Below are positions 26,451 to 36,321 of a DNA stretch of 64,000 bases, one piece after another (within the stretch, counting starts at the first letter, position 1; every line of letters starts with the position of its first letter). Position numbers and translations under genes: made by a program. The notes under the pieces are model-generated. The model did not search any database and had not been told where the DNA came from. It worked only from the letters and a program-made list of their open reading frames with translations. This DNA comes from Treponemataceae bacterium (GTDB taxonomy: Bacteria; Spirochaetota; Spirochaetia; Treponematales; Rectinemataceae): contig CAXXGJ010000025.1 of the NCBI GenBank assembly GCA_963677895.2, positions 64,001 through 128,000 on the forward strand. Direction: 5' to 3'.

Positions 26451-28377
26451 CCCCGCCCTTGAAATACTTTTCCACCAATTGCTTGAACCTGTCCTCCACG
26501 AACTTGCGCTTTACTTTCAGCGTCTGGGTGAGTTCCTTTCCGACGGAGAAATCGTTCAGCACGGGGAATATCTTCGTTATTCGCTCGAAGGGCTTGAAGC
26601 CGCCTTCCTTCGTTATGCGGGAATTCACTTCCTGCAGGAGGAAATTATAGATTTTGTCGTTCTCGATCGAGGCCGAACCCTCGGTAAAAATTTCATTGCG
26701 GGAAAGCTTCAGCTCGGCGGCGAGCTTCATCAGTTCGTCTTCGTTGACCGCCACGATGGCTGACAACTGCTTCTGGTCCTGCCCGACCACGACGGCGTGG
26801 TCGATATAGGCGCTCTCCTTCAGCTTATCCTCGATCGGCTCCGGTTCGATGTTCTCGCCGCCCATGAGGACGATGGTATCCTTCGCTCGGCCGACGATGA
26901 TGTATTCCCCGTTTTCCGAACGCACCGTGAGGTCGCCGGTGTTAAGCCAACCGTCAGGGGAGAGGACGGCCATCGTGGCCGTCGGGTTCTTGTAATATCC
27001 GGACATGACCTGGGGTCCGCGCACATACAAAATTCCCTTCTCGCCGGTGCCGGCCAACTTCCCCTCTTCCGTGCGGATTTCCACTTCCGTGTTGTCGAAA
27101 GGCAGGCCAGTCGAACCGAAAGTATTCCTTCCCGTCTGTCTCGACAGAATTCCGGGCGCGCATTCGGTCATGCCGTACGCGTTTATGAGAGTGATGCCTA
27201 TCGCGTTGAAAAGCTCATCGAGATACTTAGGAAGCGAGCCAGCCCCGCAGGTGGCGAGACGCATTCGCCCGCCCACTTTTTCCCTGAAAGGCTTGAACAG
27301 GACTCCCGCCAGCTTGTGGATCGGCCAGTAGATGACGAAGCGCAGCGAATGCCATACAGCCGCCAGTATTTTCTCGAGCGCCGAGCGGTCATGCAGGGCT
27401 ATATAGCATCCCTTCAAATAGAGCGAAGAAGTCAGCCATATCTGATTGCCTTTGATGAAAGCCAGGACGAGGTTGCGTTTGCCCTTGTGCATTTCGCTGA
27501 AAGCCTTGATGAGCTTCTGATAGACTGATTCCCATACGCGGGGAACGGAGATGAGAACCTGTGGTTTTTCGCTGAGAAGATCGGCGCCGAAGCGTCCCGC
27601 CGAGGAGTAGACGAAGGTCAGACCGCTCGCGATTCCGCAATACTCGAAAGCCCTTTCGTAGACATGCCAGGAAGGCAGCATGAGGACGGTCGTCTCCGCC
27701 TTTTCGATATCGATTTCGAGTCGCGGCGTATTGGCCACGAGGTTCTGGATAAAATTTCTGTGAGAAAGCATGACGCCTTTCGGATTGCCTGTCGTGCCCG
27801 AAGTATAGACGATCGTGAGAAGATCGTCCAACTTGATGTTCTTGTCCAGTTTTTCCAGAAGATCCGGTTCGCTCGCGTAAGCCGCTTCGCCATCGGCAAG
27901 CAGTTCGCCGTAAAAACGGACCTTCTCGGCGAGTCGGGCCGGAACCGAAGCCTTGTCGCCGTCTTCCACGATGAAGACAGCCGCGCATCGTTCCCAGTCC
28001 GTTTCGGTGAAGGCCTCATCGAGGGCGACGAGCTGCTGCACGGTTTCCACGATTAGGTGACGGGAATCGGAATGATGGAATATGAATTCCACTTCCTTCG
28101 GGAGGGAGTCCGAGCCGCGCGGGACGCTTATGGCCCCAAGAGCCATGAGAGCGAAATCCGTGCATATCCATTCGAAGCGGTTGTTCACGAAAAAACCGAC
28201 ATGATCGCTTCTGGTGACTCCGGCGTTTTTCAGGCCGGCGGCCAGTATCCTGATCGTGTGCGCGAATTCGCCGTAGGTATGGGTTCCCGTCTTTTCCTTA
28301 GTTTTCCATTTGTGGGAAATACGTTCGGGATAGCGCCGGGCTGTTTCGAAGGGAACCGCAAGGAGGGGACTGTTCAT
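26428..28377 (-). CDS. fadD: Long-chain fatty acid--CoA ligase
   Basis: YTSGTTGNPKG AMP-binding motif, YGMTE, GWLNTGD, GRAKDTIVLMGGENIEP and LTQTLKVKR. Confidence 0.9.
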   Translation of the reverse strand: MNSPLLAVPFETARRYPERISHKWKTKEKTGTHTYGEFAHTIRILAAGLKNAGVTRSDHVGFFVNNRFEWICTDFALMALGAISVPRGSDSLPKEVEFIFHHSDSRHLIVETVQQLVALDEAFTETDWERCAAVFIVEDGDKASVPARLAEKVRFYGELLADGEAAYASEPDLLEKLDKNIKLDDLLTIVYTSGTTGNPKGVMLSHRNFIQNLVANTPRLEIDIEKAETTVLMLPSWHVYERAFEYCGIASGLTFVYSSAGRFGADLLSEKPQVLISVPRVWESVYQKLIKAFSEMHKGKRNLVLAFIKGNQIWLTSSLYLKGCYIALHDRSALEKILAAVWHSLRFVIYWPIHKLAGVLFKPFREKVGGRMRLATCGAGSLPKYLDELFNAIGITLINAYGMTECAPGILSRQTGRNTFGSTGLPFDNTEVEIRTEEGKLAGTGEKGILYVRGPQVMSGYYKNPTATMAVLSPDGWLNTGDLTVRSENGEYIIVGRAKDTIVLMGGENIEPEPIEDKLKESAYIDHAVVVGQDQKQLSAIVAVNEDELMKLAAELKLSRNEIFTEGSASIENDKIYNFLLQEVNSRITKEGGFKPFERITKIFPVLNDFSVGKELTQTLKVKRKFVEDRFKQLVEKYFKGGDGNKDSK

Positions 28378-28640
28378 AACAACTCCTCAAGGGATCTTTA
28401 TTTTACCGGCGTTCGAGCCTTGCCGTGACATGATCCTCTCAATCAGTATAATATTCATTTTGACGAGAATCAAAGATTTGTCAATGGATGGCAGAGATAG
28501 CGGAATGGAACGATACAGAACGAAGCTGATCTGGACCTATACCGCGGCGGATTGGATGTTTATACTCTCGACACAGGAGAACAGCATTTGGAACACGCAG
28601 CGATACTATCCCGGCTAAAGCCTTCCGGAGGCGGCGCGCT

Positions 28641-29960
28641 ATGATAGCCGACATTCCGGCAATCCTCCAGTTGCTCATTATTTTTTCTATGGTAGTCATC
28701 GCGACAGGTCTCAAGGTTCATCTGGGGCTGGCCGCGGCATTGGGCGGCATCGCCCTGGCCTTATGGCATGGCCTGCGATTTACGGCTATTTCCGGCATCG
28801 TGATCGGCGAGACGCTGAATCCGGATACGCTCCTCCTTCTCGCCCTTATGGTCTGCATCATGTCCTTTTCGGCAGCCATGAAAAAATCGGGCGCGATGGA
28901 AACCCTGGCCAAAGCGATCGGAGCGGTGGCTTCTTCGCCGCGCATCGCGATGGCGATCACGCCCCTGCTCATAGGTACTTTGCCGATGCCGGGCGGGGCC
29001 ATTCTCTCCGCGCCGCTCGTGGAAGCGATAGATATCGACCACAAGGAGAAGGCGGGCACTCTCTCGGCGACCAACTATTGGTTCCGGCATTCGCTGGAAC
29101 TTATCTGGCCTCTCTATCCCTCGTTCATCCTGACGACATCCCTGAGCGGCATACCGGTCCTGCGCCTCATGCTGCTCAATTCTTATAGCCTGCCGATAAT
29201 TTTTGCGCTGGGCTGCGTCTTCATCCTCCCCCCTTCGCCCAAACGCTCCCCCGACGCGCCTTTCTCCGCCATCGATCGCGTATCGCCGCTTTCGCGGGCT
29301 GCGAGATTCATAAAAGGCATCGCTCCCCTTGCCATCGTCATTTTCAGCTATATTCTCTTCGATGTGTTATGGCGCGTCATTTCGCCGGGCTTAAGCCTGG
29401 AGGATTCCCACAAGGCGCTCGTCGGAAGGTATTTGCCGATTCTTCTCGGCCTCGCGCTCGGCAGCCTCAGCATCGGTTACCGCGCCAAGGGATTCGGTTC
29501 CTTCAGCGGCAGCGTGAGCATGGCGACCATGAGGCTCATCGCCATGATCCTCGGCATAAGGATATTCTCGGCGCTGATCGGCGAGATCGGGCTGGCCGGG
29601 GCGGCGGCGGCTGAGCTGACGGAGGCCGGAATCCCCCCCATTGTCGCCGTGGCGGTGATACCCTTCATCGCCGGCCTGGTCACGGGAATAGGCTTTGGCT
29701 ATGTCGGGCTCGCCATTCCCATCATCCTCGGCCTGGTGCCGGAGGGATCGGCCTTCCCGAAGGAAGCGGCCGTCGTGCTCGCTGGAGCTTTTGGATTCGC
29801 GGGCATGATGATGTCGCCCCTTCATGTCTGCATGGTTGTCAGCGCTGAGCATTTCAAGGCAGGATTGCCAGCGACCATTCGCCGATTCGCCCTTCCTCTC
29901 GGCATATTCCTGGTGATAGCGGTGCTGTACGCATTAATGTTGGCCGGCATTCTCGGCTGA
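28641..29960 (+). CDS. DUF401 family membrane protein (putative transporter)
   Basis: LPMPGGAILSAP, NYWFRH..WPLYP and SPLHVC motifs; many TMs. Confidence 0.8.
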   Translation: MIADIPAILQLLIIFSMVVIATGLKVHLGLAAALGGIALALWHGLRFTAISGIVIGETLNPDTLLLLALMVCIMSFSAAMKKSGAMETLAKAIGAVASSPRIAMAITPLLIGTLPMPGGAILSAPLVEAIDIDHKEKAGTLSATNYWFRHSLELIWPLYPSFILTTSLSGIPVLRLMLLNSYSLPIIFALGCVFILPPSPKRSPDAPFSAIDRVSPLSRAARFIKGIAPLAIVIFSYILFDVLWRVISPGLSLEDSHKALVGRYLPILLGLALGSLSIGYRAKGFGSFSGSVSMATMRLIAMILGIRIFSALIGEIGLAGAAAAELTEAGIPPIVAVAVIPFIAGLVTGIGFGYVGLAIPIILGLVPEGSAFPKEAAVVLAGAFGFAGMMMSPLHVCMVVSAEHFKAGLPATIRRFALPLGIFLVIAVLYALMLAGILG

Positions 29961-29976
29961 AGGAATCGGAACATTC

Positions 29977-30984
29977 ATGAAAGCATGTATCGTTGGAGCG
30001 GGCGCCATCGGAGGCAGCATTGGATTCGGCTTGGCCGGGGCGGGCTGTGAAGTCTCTTGCGTCGCGCGAGGCAGGACGCTTGCCGCCCTGCGCGAAAAAG
30101 GGCTTCGGTTCACCGACGGCGGCCCCGTCGAGGCGGCATCCATCCATGCGGTAGAGTCCGCCGGAGAACTGGGCGTCCAGGATCTCGTCCTGCTCGCCGT
30201 AAAGGCTCCCGCGCTGACCGAGGTGGCGCCGCTCATCGCCCCTCTCCTGGGAGCCGACACCATAGTGCTGCCGGCCATGAACGGCGTGCCATGGTGGTTC
30301 TTCCAAGGCTTCGGAGGCAGGCTCGCGGGAACCTCGCTCGAACCGATCGATCCGCGGGAAATCATAGCCTCCAATATCCCCCCGGCCGCCATTATAGGCT
30401 GCGTCGTCCATTTCGGCGCTTCCTGTCCCGAGCCCGGGCTCGTCAAAGCCCTGCCCAAACGAACGCTCATCATCGGCGAACCCTCGGGCAAAATTACGGA
30501 ACGCCTGAAGGTCTTAGGCGAAATATTGCAGAAATCCGGCTACACCGTCCAGCTCACGGATTCCATACAGAGGGAAGTCTGGTACAAGCTCTGGGGGAAC
30601 ATGACGATGAATCCCCTCTCCGCCCTTACCGGCGCCACGATGGACAAGATCCTGGACGATCCTTTCGTCAATCAACTCTGCAGGGAAGTCATGGCCGAGG
30701 CTAAGAGCGTAGGCGCGAAAATAGGCTGTCCCATCGAACAGAGCGTCGACGACAGGATCGCGATCAGCCGGACCCTGGGAGCCTTCAAAACCTCGATGCT
30801 GCAGGATCTGGAGGCGGGACGCCCTCTTGAGCTGGACGCCATCCTCACTTCGGTGGTCGAAATCGGGAAACTCGTGGGCGAAAAAACGCCCTATATCAAT
30901 ACCGTTCTCGGACTGACGAGGCTCAAGGCACGAACGCTGGGACTCTATCCTCAGGCAAGTCCTCGGGAACGGGAAATAAGATAG
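29977..30984 (+). CDS. panE: 2-dehydropantoate 2-reductase (ketopantoate reductase family)
   Basis: GAGAIG, AVKA, WYKLWGN and TSMLQDLEAGRPLE motifs. Confidence 0.88.
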   Translation: MKACIVGAGAIGGSIGFGLAGAGCEVSCVARGRTLAALREKGLRFTDGGPVEAASIHAVESAGELGVQDLVLLAVKAPALTEVAPLIAPLLGADTIVLPAMNGVPWWFFQGFGGRLAGTSLEPIDPREIIASNIPPAAIIGCVVHFGASCPEPGLVKALPKRTLIIGEPSGKITERLKVLGEILQKSGYTVQLTDSIQREVWYKLWGNMTMNPLSALTGATMDKILDDPFVNQLCREVMAEAKSVGAKIGCPIEQSVDDRIAISRTLGAFKTSMLQDLEAGRPLELDAILTSVVEIGKLVGEKTPYINTVLGLTRLKARTLGLYPQASPREREIR

Positions 30985-31020
30985 ACGCCGCGCCGAGAGG
31001 CGGGCAAGCAGGAAGGCAGT

Positions 31021-32211
31021 ATGGCGATAGCGCGGAAAATGAAGAATTTCGTGGATAACGGGGCGATGATCAAAAAAATGTTCGAGGAAGGCGCCAGGCT
31101 CAAAGCCATCCATGGAGCCAACAAAGTCTTCGATTTCAGCATCGGCAACCCGAACGCGCCGCCGCCCGAGATATTCAAGGCGACGCTCCGCTCGGTCGCC
31201 GAGGCTGATGCCTTCGGGCTGCACGCCTATATGCCCAACGCGGGACTGCCCGCCGCGAGAAAAGCGATCGCGAAGCGAATCGCGGCGGAACAGGGCGTTC
31301 CCGTCGAGGCGTCGCACATCATCGTCACCTGCGGCGCGGCGGGCGGCCTCAACATCGTCGCGAAAGCCCTCCTGGAACCGGGCGACGAAGTCCTCGTAAG
31401 CTCTCCGTATTTTGTCGAGTACGGATTCATCGCCGACAACCACGGCGGAGTACTCAAGACCGTGCCTACCCTGCCGGACTTCGGCCTGGATGTGGACGCG
31501 CTCGAGGCAGCCATGGGGCCGCGTACCAAGATCGTCCTCGTGAACACGCCGAACAACCCCACCGGCAGAATCTATTCCACCGAATCGCTGGCCCGGCTGG
31601 GAAAGGCCATGGAACGCTGCGGCGCGGCTCTCGGCCACGCGATCTATCTCGTTTCGGACGAACCCTACCGCGCGCTGACCTTCGACGAAGCGACGGTTCC
31701 AAGCCCCCTGGCGAGCTATCCCCACTCCATCCTCGTCACCTCGTACTCCAAGGAACTCTCGCTCCCGGGCGAGCGCATCGGCTACGTGGCGGTCAACCCG
31801 CGCGCCGACGACCTCGCGAACCTCATGGAAGCGCTGAGCCTCGCGAACCGCATCCTGGGCTTCGTCAACGCGCCCAGCCTCATGCAGCATGTCATAGCGG
31901 CCCTTCCGGGACCGGCCCTCGTCGACATTTCCCGATACCAGAAGGCGCGCGACCTCCTCGCCGCGGGGCTGAAAGCCGCCGGCTACGAGTTCAATCTTCC
32001 CGAAGGCGCCTTCTACCTCTTCCCCAAGATCCCCGGCAAAGGCGGCGACGCGGTCTTCCTGGACCTGCTCAGAGAAGAAAACATCCTCGTCGTCCCGGGC
32101 TCGGCCTTCGGAACCCCAGGTTACTTCCGCATAGCCTTCTGCGTCGATCCGGCCGTCATCGACGGGGCTCTGCCGGGATTCGAGAGGGCGATGCGCAAGG
32201 TAAAGGGATAG
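31021..32211 (+). CDS. PLP-dependent class I/II (aspartate-type) aminotransferase
   Basis: FSIGNP, NTPNNPTG, SDEPY, SYSKELSLPGERIG (PLP lysine) and PGSAFG motifs. Confidence 0.92.
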   Translation: MAIARKMKNFVDNGAMIKKMFEEGARLKAIHGANKVFDFSIGNPNAPPPEIFKATLRSVAEADAFGLHAYMPNAGLPAARKAIAKRIAAEQGVPVEASHIIVTCGAAGGLNIVAKALLEPGDEVLVSSPYFVEYGFIADNHGGVLKTVPTLPDFGLDVDALEAAMGPRTKIVLVNTPNNPTGRIYSTESLARLGKAMERCGAALGHAIYLVSDEPYRALTFDEATVPSPLASYPHSILVTSYSKELSLPGERIGYVAVNPRADDLANLMEALSLANRILGFVNAPSLMQHVIAALPGPALVDISRYQKARDLLAAGLKAAGYEFNLPEGAFYLFPKIPGKGGDAVFLDLLREENILVVPGSAFGTPGYFRIAFCVDPAVIDGALPGFERAMRKVKG

Positions 32212-32285
32212 AGGCAGCTGCACCTCAAATTTGCGCACAAAACGGGAAAATAGTGTTATTGTGAACGCTCAAGGAGATATCCGCA

Positions 32286-33035
32286 ATGCATATCGGTATT
32301 TTTGAAAACCTCGACAGTCTCGGAAAACACGCGGCCGATATCGGCGCTCAGGGCATCCGCGACGCCATCGCCGCCAAAGGCGAAGCCAACATCATCCTCG
32401 CCACCGGCGCCAGCCAATTTTCCATGCTCGAGCACCTGATCCAGGAACCGGGAATAGACTGGTCTCTCGTGACGATTTTCCACCTGGACGAATATGTCGG
32501 AATGAGCATTTCCCATCCGGCCAGCTTCCGTAAATACATGAAGGAAAGAGTCGTCGAGAAACTGCCCACGCTCAAAAAATTCAACTATATCGGGGCCGAC
32601 GCCGTCCCGCTCAGGGCTGAACTCGCCAGGCTCGCCGCGCTCATAAAGGAAAAACCCATCGACGTGGCCTTCATCGGCATCGGGGAAAACGGACACCTCG
32701 CCTTCAACGACCCGCCCGCCGATTTCGAGACCGAGGAACCCTACATCGTGGTGGACCTGGACGAGAAATGCCGCATGCAGCAGGTGGGCGAAGGCTGGTT
32801 CAAAGGCCTCTCCGACGTCCCAGCGCAGGCCGTCTCGATGAGCATCCGCCAGATCATGAAGTCGAAGACCATCGTCTGCACAGTGCCCGATTCCCGCAAG
32901 AAGGAAGCGGTCGCCATGGCGCTGAACGCCCCCATCTCTCCCGAGGCGCCCTGCTCGATAATGCGCCGGCACCCCTCCTGCTATCTGATGCTCGATTACC
33001 CGGCCGCCGAGCTCATTCTCTCCGGCGACAAATAA
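32286..33035 (+). CDS. nagB: Glucosamine-6-phosphate deaminase family protein
   Basis: [18 protein letters not shown] and [13 protein letters not shown] motifs. Confidence 0.88.
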   Translation: MHIGIFENLDSLGKHAADIGAQGIRDAIAAKGEANIILATGASQFSMLEHLIQEPGIDWSLVTIFHLDEYVGMSISHPASFRKYMKERVVEKLPTLKKFNYIGADAVPLRAELARLAALIKEKPIDVAFIGIGENGHLAFNDPPADFETEEPYIVVDLDEKCRMQQVGEGWFKGLSDVPAQAVSMSIRQIMKSKTIVCTVPDSRKKEAVAMALNAPISPEAPCSIMRRHPSCYLMLDYPAAELILSGDK

Positions 33036-33050
33036 TCAATCCGGCATGCC

Positions 33051-34670
33051 CTATTCATAGCGGGCATGCCCTTCGGCCACGTAGCGGTCGGTAATGCCCT
33101 TGATGGCTTCGACCGCTTCGTGGCAGAGCCTTCCCTCGCTGGAGACGACTTCCCAGCGGACCATACCCTCTTCGCTGCGGGAAATGCGCTGGGCGACCTG
33201 ATACCACGCTCCGGAAACATCGGTATCGGCGCCGATGATTTCCGGCAGGCCTGACCTCATCAGCGTGGCATCCAGGCTCGTGCCGTCTTCCATAGTCTTC
33301 AGAACCGAAAGCCCCCGCCCCGCGAATTCGGTCTCGACATCTTCCATCACGCGTTCCATCAGGGCCTCGTCGATGAAATGGCAGGGCCATTCCCTCGCTC
33401 GGGCGATCTGCTTCTGACGCTCCATGGCCTTCTCGAAGCGTTCGGGATGATTCGCCCACAGCCTGGCCGTCAACAGGGTGAAATACAGCGTATTCTCCGT
33501 GGCCGCGAAGCCCTTGGAGAAATCGTCGAGATCGTAGGGAAAATTCATGTAGTAATGGGCCGATTCCTCGGAAGCGACCAGATACTGCCGGCCGCAATGG
33601 GTCCGCAGCGCCTCTTTTATGAACGAATGCCCATTGCGGATGATATGGACATCGATTCCCCGGGATGCCTGGTCGACCATCGCCAGAGGATTCGCCTTTA
33701 CATCAGAGTACATATGCGGACGCCATGGCGCTGACGCGCCTCCGTCGAAAAAGCCGGAAGCGTGGACACCCCGGAAAAACTTCATTATCTCCGGAACAAG
33801 GACGCCGAGATTGAAGGATGGGGCCAGCTGCTCGCCTCGGGCGTTCATCACATCCATCCGGTCCCCGTCACCGTCGTAGCAAAAGCCGAAATCGTAGCCT
33901 CCACCCTTCATCAGATCCCAGGTGGGTTGTATGCTTTTCAGAATGCCGGGATTGGGATCCCCCCTGGGAAAGAATCCGTCAGGCACGAGATTCCTCGTCC
34001 GGACCTTGGCGCCGGCCAGCCCCAAAGCCTCGCTTACCTCGGTTCCCGCGGCGCCGCAGAGGAAATCCGCCAGGACAGGCAGCCCCGAGAGGGAATCGCG
34101 CTCCACGCCCGCGAGTCTCATGGAATAGTCGATGAACTGGTCGAGATAGCGCCGCACGGTCACCTTCGCCCTTCCGGATGGGGATCGGACGAGGTCGCCG
34201 TCTTCCAGATAAAGGGCAAGTATGCCGGTGATGCCGCCGGCCGGTCCCGAATCCATGGCAAGCGTCATCATGCCCCGGGACATTAGCTTCAACCCGATAT
34301 ACTCGCCTGGATTGTGGCTAGCGGTGAACATGACCGCCGCGCTGTCCGGATTCCGCATGCAGCTATAGTAAAATTGGCAGGTGGAACTCTGCAGGGGATT
34401 GAGGATTACCTCGATGCCCATCTCGGGCAGCAGTTCCACGGCCAGCTCCATAAGGGCGGGCGCGGCCAGCCTGGCGTCGCGCCCCAGCACCACGGAATCG
34501 GCGCCCAGCGCTTCCTTGACGTAGCGGCCTACGGCGATGATCAGCCGCGAACTGAGGGCCGGAGTCAGCCTGCTTTCCTTCGTCCTTATGTCGTAGGCCT
34601 TGAACATGCCAAGGTTGAGTTTTTGCCTCTGCGATTCCGATACCGTGGCCATGAGCGATTGATAATCCAT
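33051..34670 (-). CDS. Phosphomannomutase/phosphoglucomutase family protein
   Basis: FKAYDIR, TASHNP (phosphoserine), DGDGDR (metal loop) and EESAH; start reassigned to ATG 34670. Confidence 0.88.
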   Translation of the reverse strand: MDYQSLMATVSESQRQKLNLGMFKAYDIRTKESRLTPALSSRLIIAVGRYVKEALGADSVVLGRDARLAAPALMELAVELLPEMGIEVILNPLQSSTCQFYYSCMRNPDSAAVMFTASHNPGEYIGLKLMSRGMMTLAMDSGPAGGITGILALYLEDGDLVRSPSGRAKVTVRRYLDQFIDYSMRLAGVERDSLSGLPVLADFLCGAAGTEVSEALGLAGAKVRTRNLVPDGFFPRGDPNPGILKSIQPTWDLMKGGGYDFGFCYDGDGDRMDVMNARGEQLAPSFNLGVLVPEIMKFFRGVHASGFFDGGASAPWRPHMYSDVKANPLAMVDQASRGIDVHIIRNGHSFIKEALRTHCGRQYLVASEESAHYYMNFPYDLDDFSKGFAATENTLYFTLLTARLWANHPERFEKAMERQKQIARAREWPCHFIDEALMERVMEDVETEFAGRGLSVLKTMEDGTSLDATLMRSGLPEIIGADTDVSGAWYQVAQRISRSEEGMVRWEVVSSEGRLCHEAVEAIKGITDRYVAEGHARYE

Positions 34671-34912
34671 GGAATTCCTCGCGGCCGACGGAAGACTCAC
34701 CTTTTGGGCTTCTCTATTCCCGCCTTCACGCCCCCGCCGCCATATTCAGGAAAGTATACAAGTAAAAATCATCCATCACAAGGAAAAAGAAACAAAAAGA
34801 AAGAAAAACAAAGACAAAGCGAGATTCTAGCCACCGCGAATCCCCGCGGCTCTACGCGATGCCAGCCGTTCTTTCTCTTCAATTCCGGGAGCGACTATCG
34901 CATACTAAACGT

Positions 34913-35515
34913 ATGAATATCCAATCGCGTGGCGCCGACCCTCTGCGCATCGACGAACTCGCGATTCCCCGCTTTCCGGGCATCATCGGCATGACCTCCT
35001 GTCCCGGCAGGAAGCGAGTCTTCCAGCGCCGCGAAGTCCGCGATCGCGGCGGCGGTGATGACGGTATTCACGAGGCTGATCGCGACAGCGACCTTGCGGC
35101 CGATCTGGCCTTTATCCAAACCTGGGGAGCGGAAATTCTCCTAAGCCTCATCGAGCCGCAGGAGTATGCGGCATATGGCGTCGAGCGGATGCGCGAACTG
35201 ATTCCCGAAGGCCTTCTCCACCTTCGGCTTCCAATCCCGGATGGCTCGACGCCCGACGCTTCCTGGGAAAAGTCATGGGAATCCGCCGGCCCCAAGATCC
35301 GCGCGATCCTGCGCCGCGGGGGACGAGTCTGCGTTCACTGCATAGGAGGACTCGGGCGGACAGGGCTTGTCGCCGCGCGGCTTCTGGTGGAACTTGGCGT
35401 TCAGCCGCAGGAAGCCATCCGAATGGTCAGGAAGACCCGCCCGGGCGCGATTGAGACCGCCGCGCAGGAGGACTATGTCAGGTCGCTCCCGCCGGCACGC
35501 GAGAGCTTTTCATAG
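34913..35515 (+). CDS. Dual-specificity/CDKN3-like protein phosphatase
   Basis: HCIGGLGRTG (CX5R), LPIPDG and RPGAIET motifs. Confidence 0.88.
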   Translation: MNIQSRGADPLRIDELAIPRFPGIIGMTSCPGRKRVFQRREVRDRGGGDDGIHEADRDSDLAADLAFIQTWGAEILLSLIEPQEYAAYGVERMRELIPEGLLHLRLPIPDGSTPDASWEKSWESAGPKIRAILRRGGRVCVHCIGGLGRTGLVAARLLVELGVQPQEAIRMVRKTRPGAIETAAQEDYVRSLPPARESFS

Positions 35516-36210
35516 GTTTTATATCGTCCATGTTTGCCCGACTCGGCGAGAAGACCGGCACGGCAGAAACAATAGAGAATCTTACGCGCCCTTTGAGGAT
35601 GAATGCCAAGAGCCTCCCCCAAGGCAGCCGAGGTAAAGGGCGACGCGAGACTCTTCGGAATGAGAGCGAGCCATTGGCCGCGGGTCCGGAAAGAACGCGA
35701 CGAAATAACTTCGAGCAGTTCTTTGTCGACCGTCCTGTCGCCCTTGCGCCACCATGATCCCGATCCGTCGCGGACCTTCGTCTCCACGCTCCTGACCATG
35801 AGAATCTCGACCGTGACGTTGCGCGCCGCCATGAACCCGGGCGCACGGATGAGTTCGTCGAAGAGGCTGTACAGATCGCCCCGCTTCGGACTCATGCGGA
35901 CCGAAAGCAGCTCGTTCGTCAACGGATCGAGTCTGCGCAGCTCGCGCCTCGCCGACACCGGGTAAACGACGCGCACGCGGTACCCCTTCCCGGCGAATTC
36001 GAGAACCTTGGGCGCAAGCTGGCCAAGATGCCCGGTTTGCACCTCCAGAAGCTCGCCGTCGGCGCGAACGAGATCCACCACCTTGCCTTCGACCAAGGCT
36101 TCCAGTCGATCTCCCGGCTTGGCGAGATAGTCCTTGAGTTGGGCGTGGAGACTGTATTCCGAATAGAGGTTAATGCCTGACCGCTCGGCGGCGATGGATC
36201 CCATGGCCAT
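35473..36210 (-). CDS. Hypothetical protein, possible PD-(D/E)XK nuclease fold with C-terminal HTH
   Basis: EYSLHAQLK, VVDLVRADGELLEVQT (D...ExQ) and a C-terminal winged-helix-like segment. The ORF track's upstream extension overlaps the divergent gene and was trimmed. Confidence 0.6.
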   Translation of the reverse strand: MAMGSIAAERSGINLYSEYSLHAQLKDYLAKPGDRLEALVEGKVVDLVRADGELLEVQTGHLGQLAPKVLEFAGKGYRVRVVYPVSARRELRRLDPLTNELLSVRMSPKRGDLYSLFDELIRAPGFMAARNVTVEILMVRSVETKVRDGSGSWWRKGDRTVDKELLEVISSRSFRTRGQWLALIPKSLASPFTSAALGEALGIHPQRARKILYCFCRAGLLAESGKHGRYKTYEKLSRAGGSDLT

Positions 36211-36321
36211 AAGTATGCACGAGACGGACGAGAATGCCCAGCGGGGACGTTCAGGGTATTCGGGCATTGACAGATAAGCGAAACCAGACGAACTTGATAA
36301 TGAATACAGCGGAGGTTCAGC

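Noticed and set aside
28460..28484. ttgac...gtcaa inverted repeat as an FNR/CRP-type site
   Set aside because: The 15-bp spacer is far from the 4-bp FNR spacing; better explained as -35 elements of divergent promoters.
28430..28618. 62-aa plus-strand ORF in the fadD/DUF401 divergent region
   Set aside because: No convincing RBS or motif, and it overlaps probable promoter elements; cannot be supported.
30514..32238. 574-aa minus-strand ORF
   Set aside because: Antisense shadow of panE and the aminotransferase; no recognisable motifs; expected with high-GC codon usage.
33043..33070. ggcatgccc/gggcatgcc inverted repeat at the nagB/phosphomutase junction
   Set aside because: It may be a terminator stem, but it lacks a U-tract and lies half within coding sequence; too weak to call.
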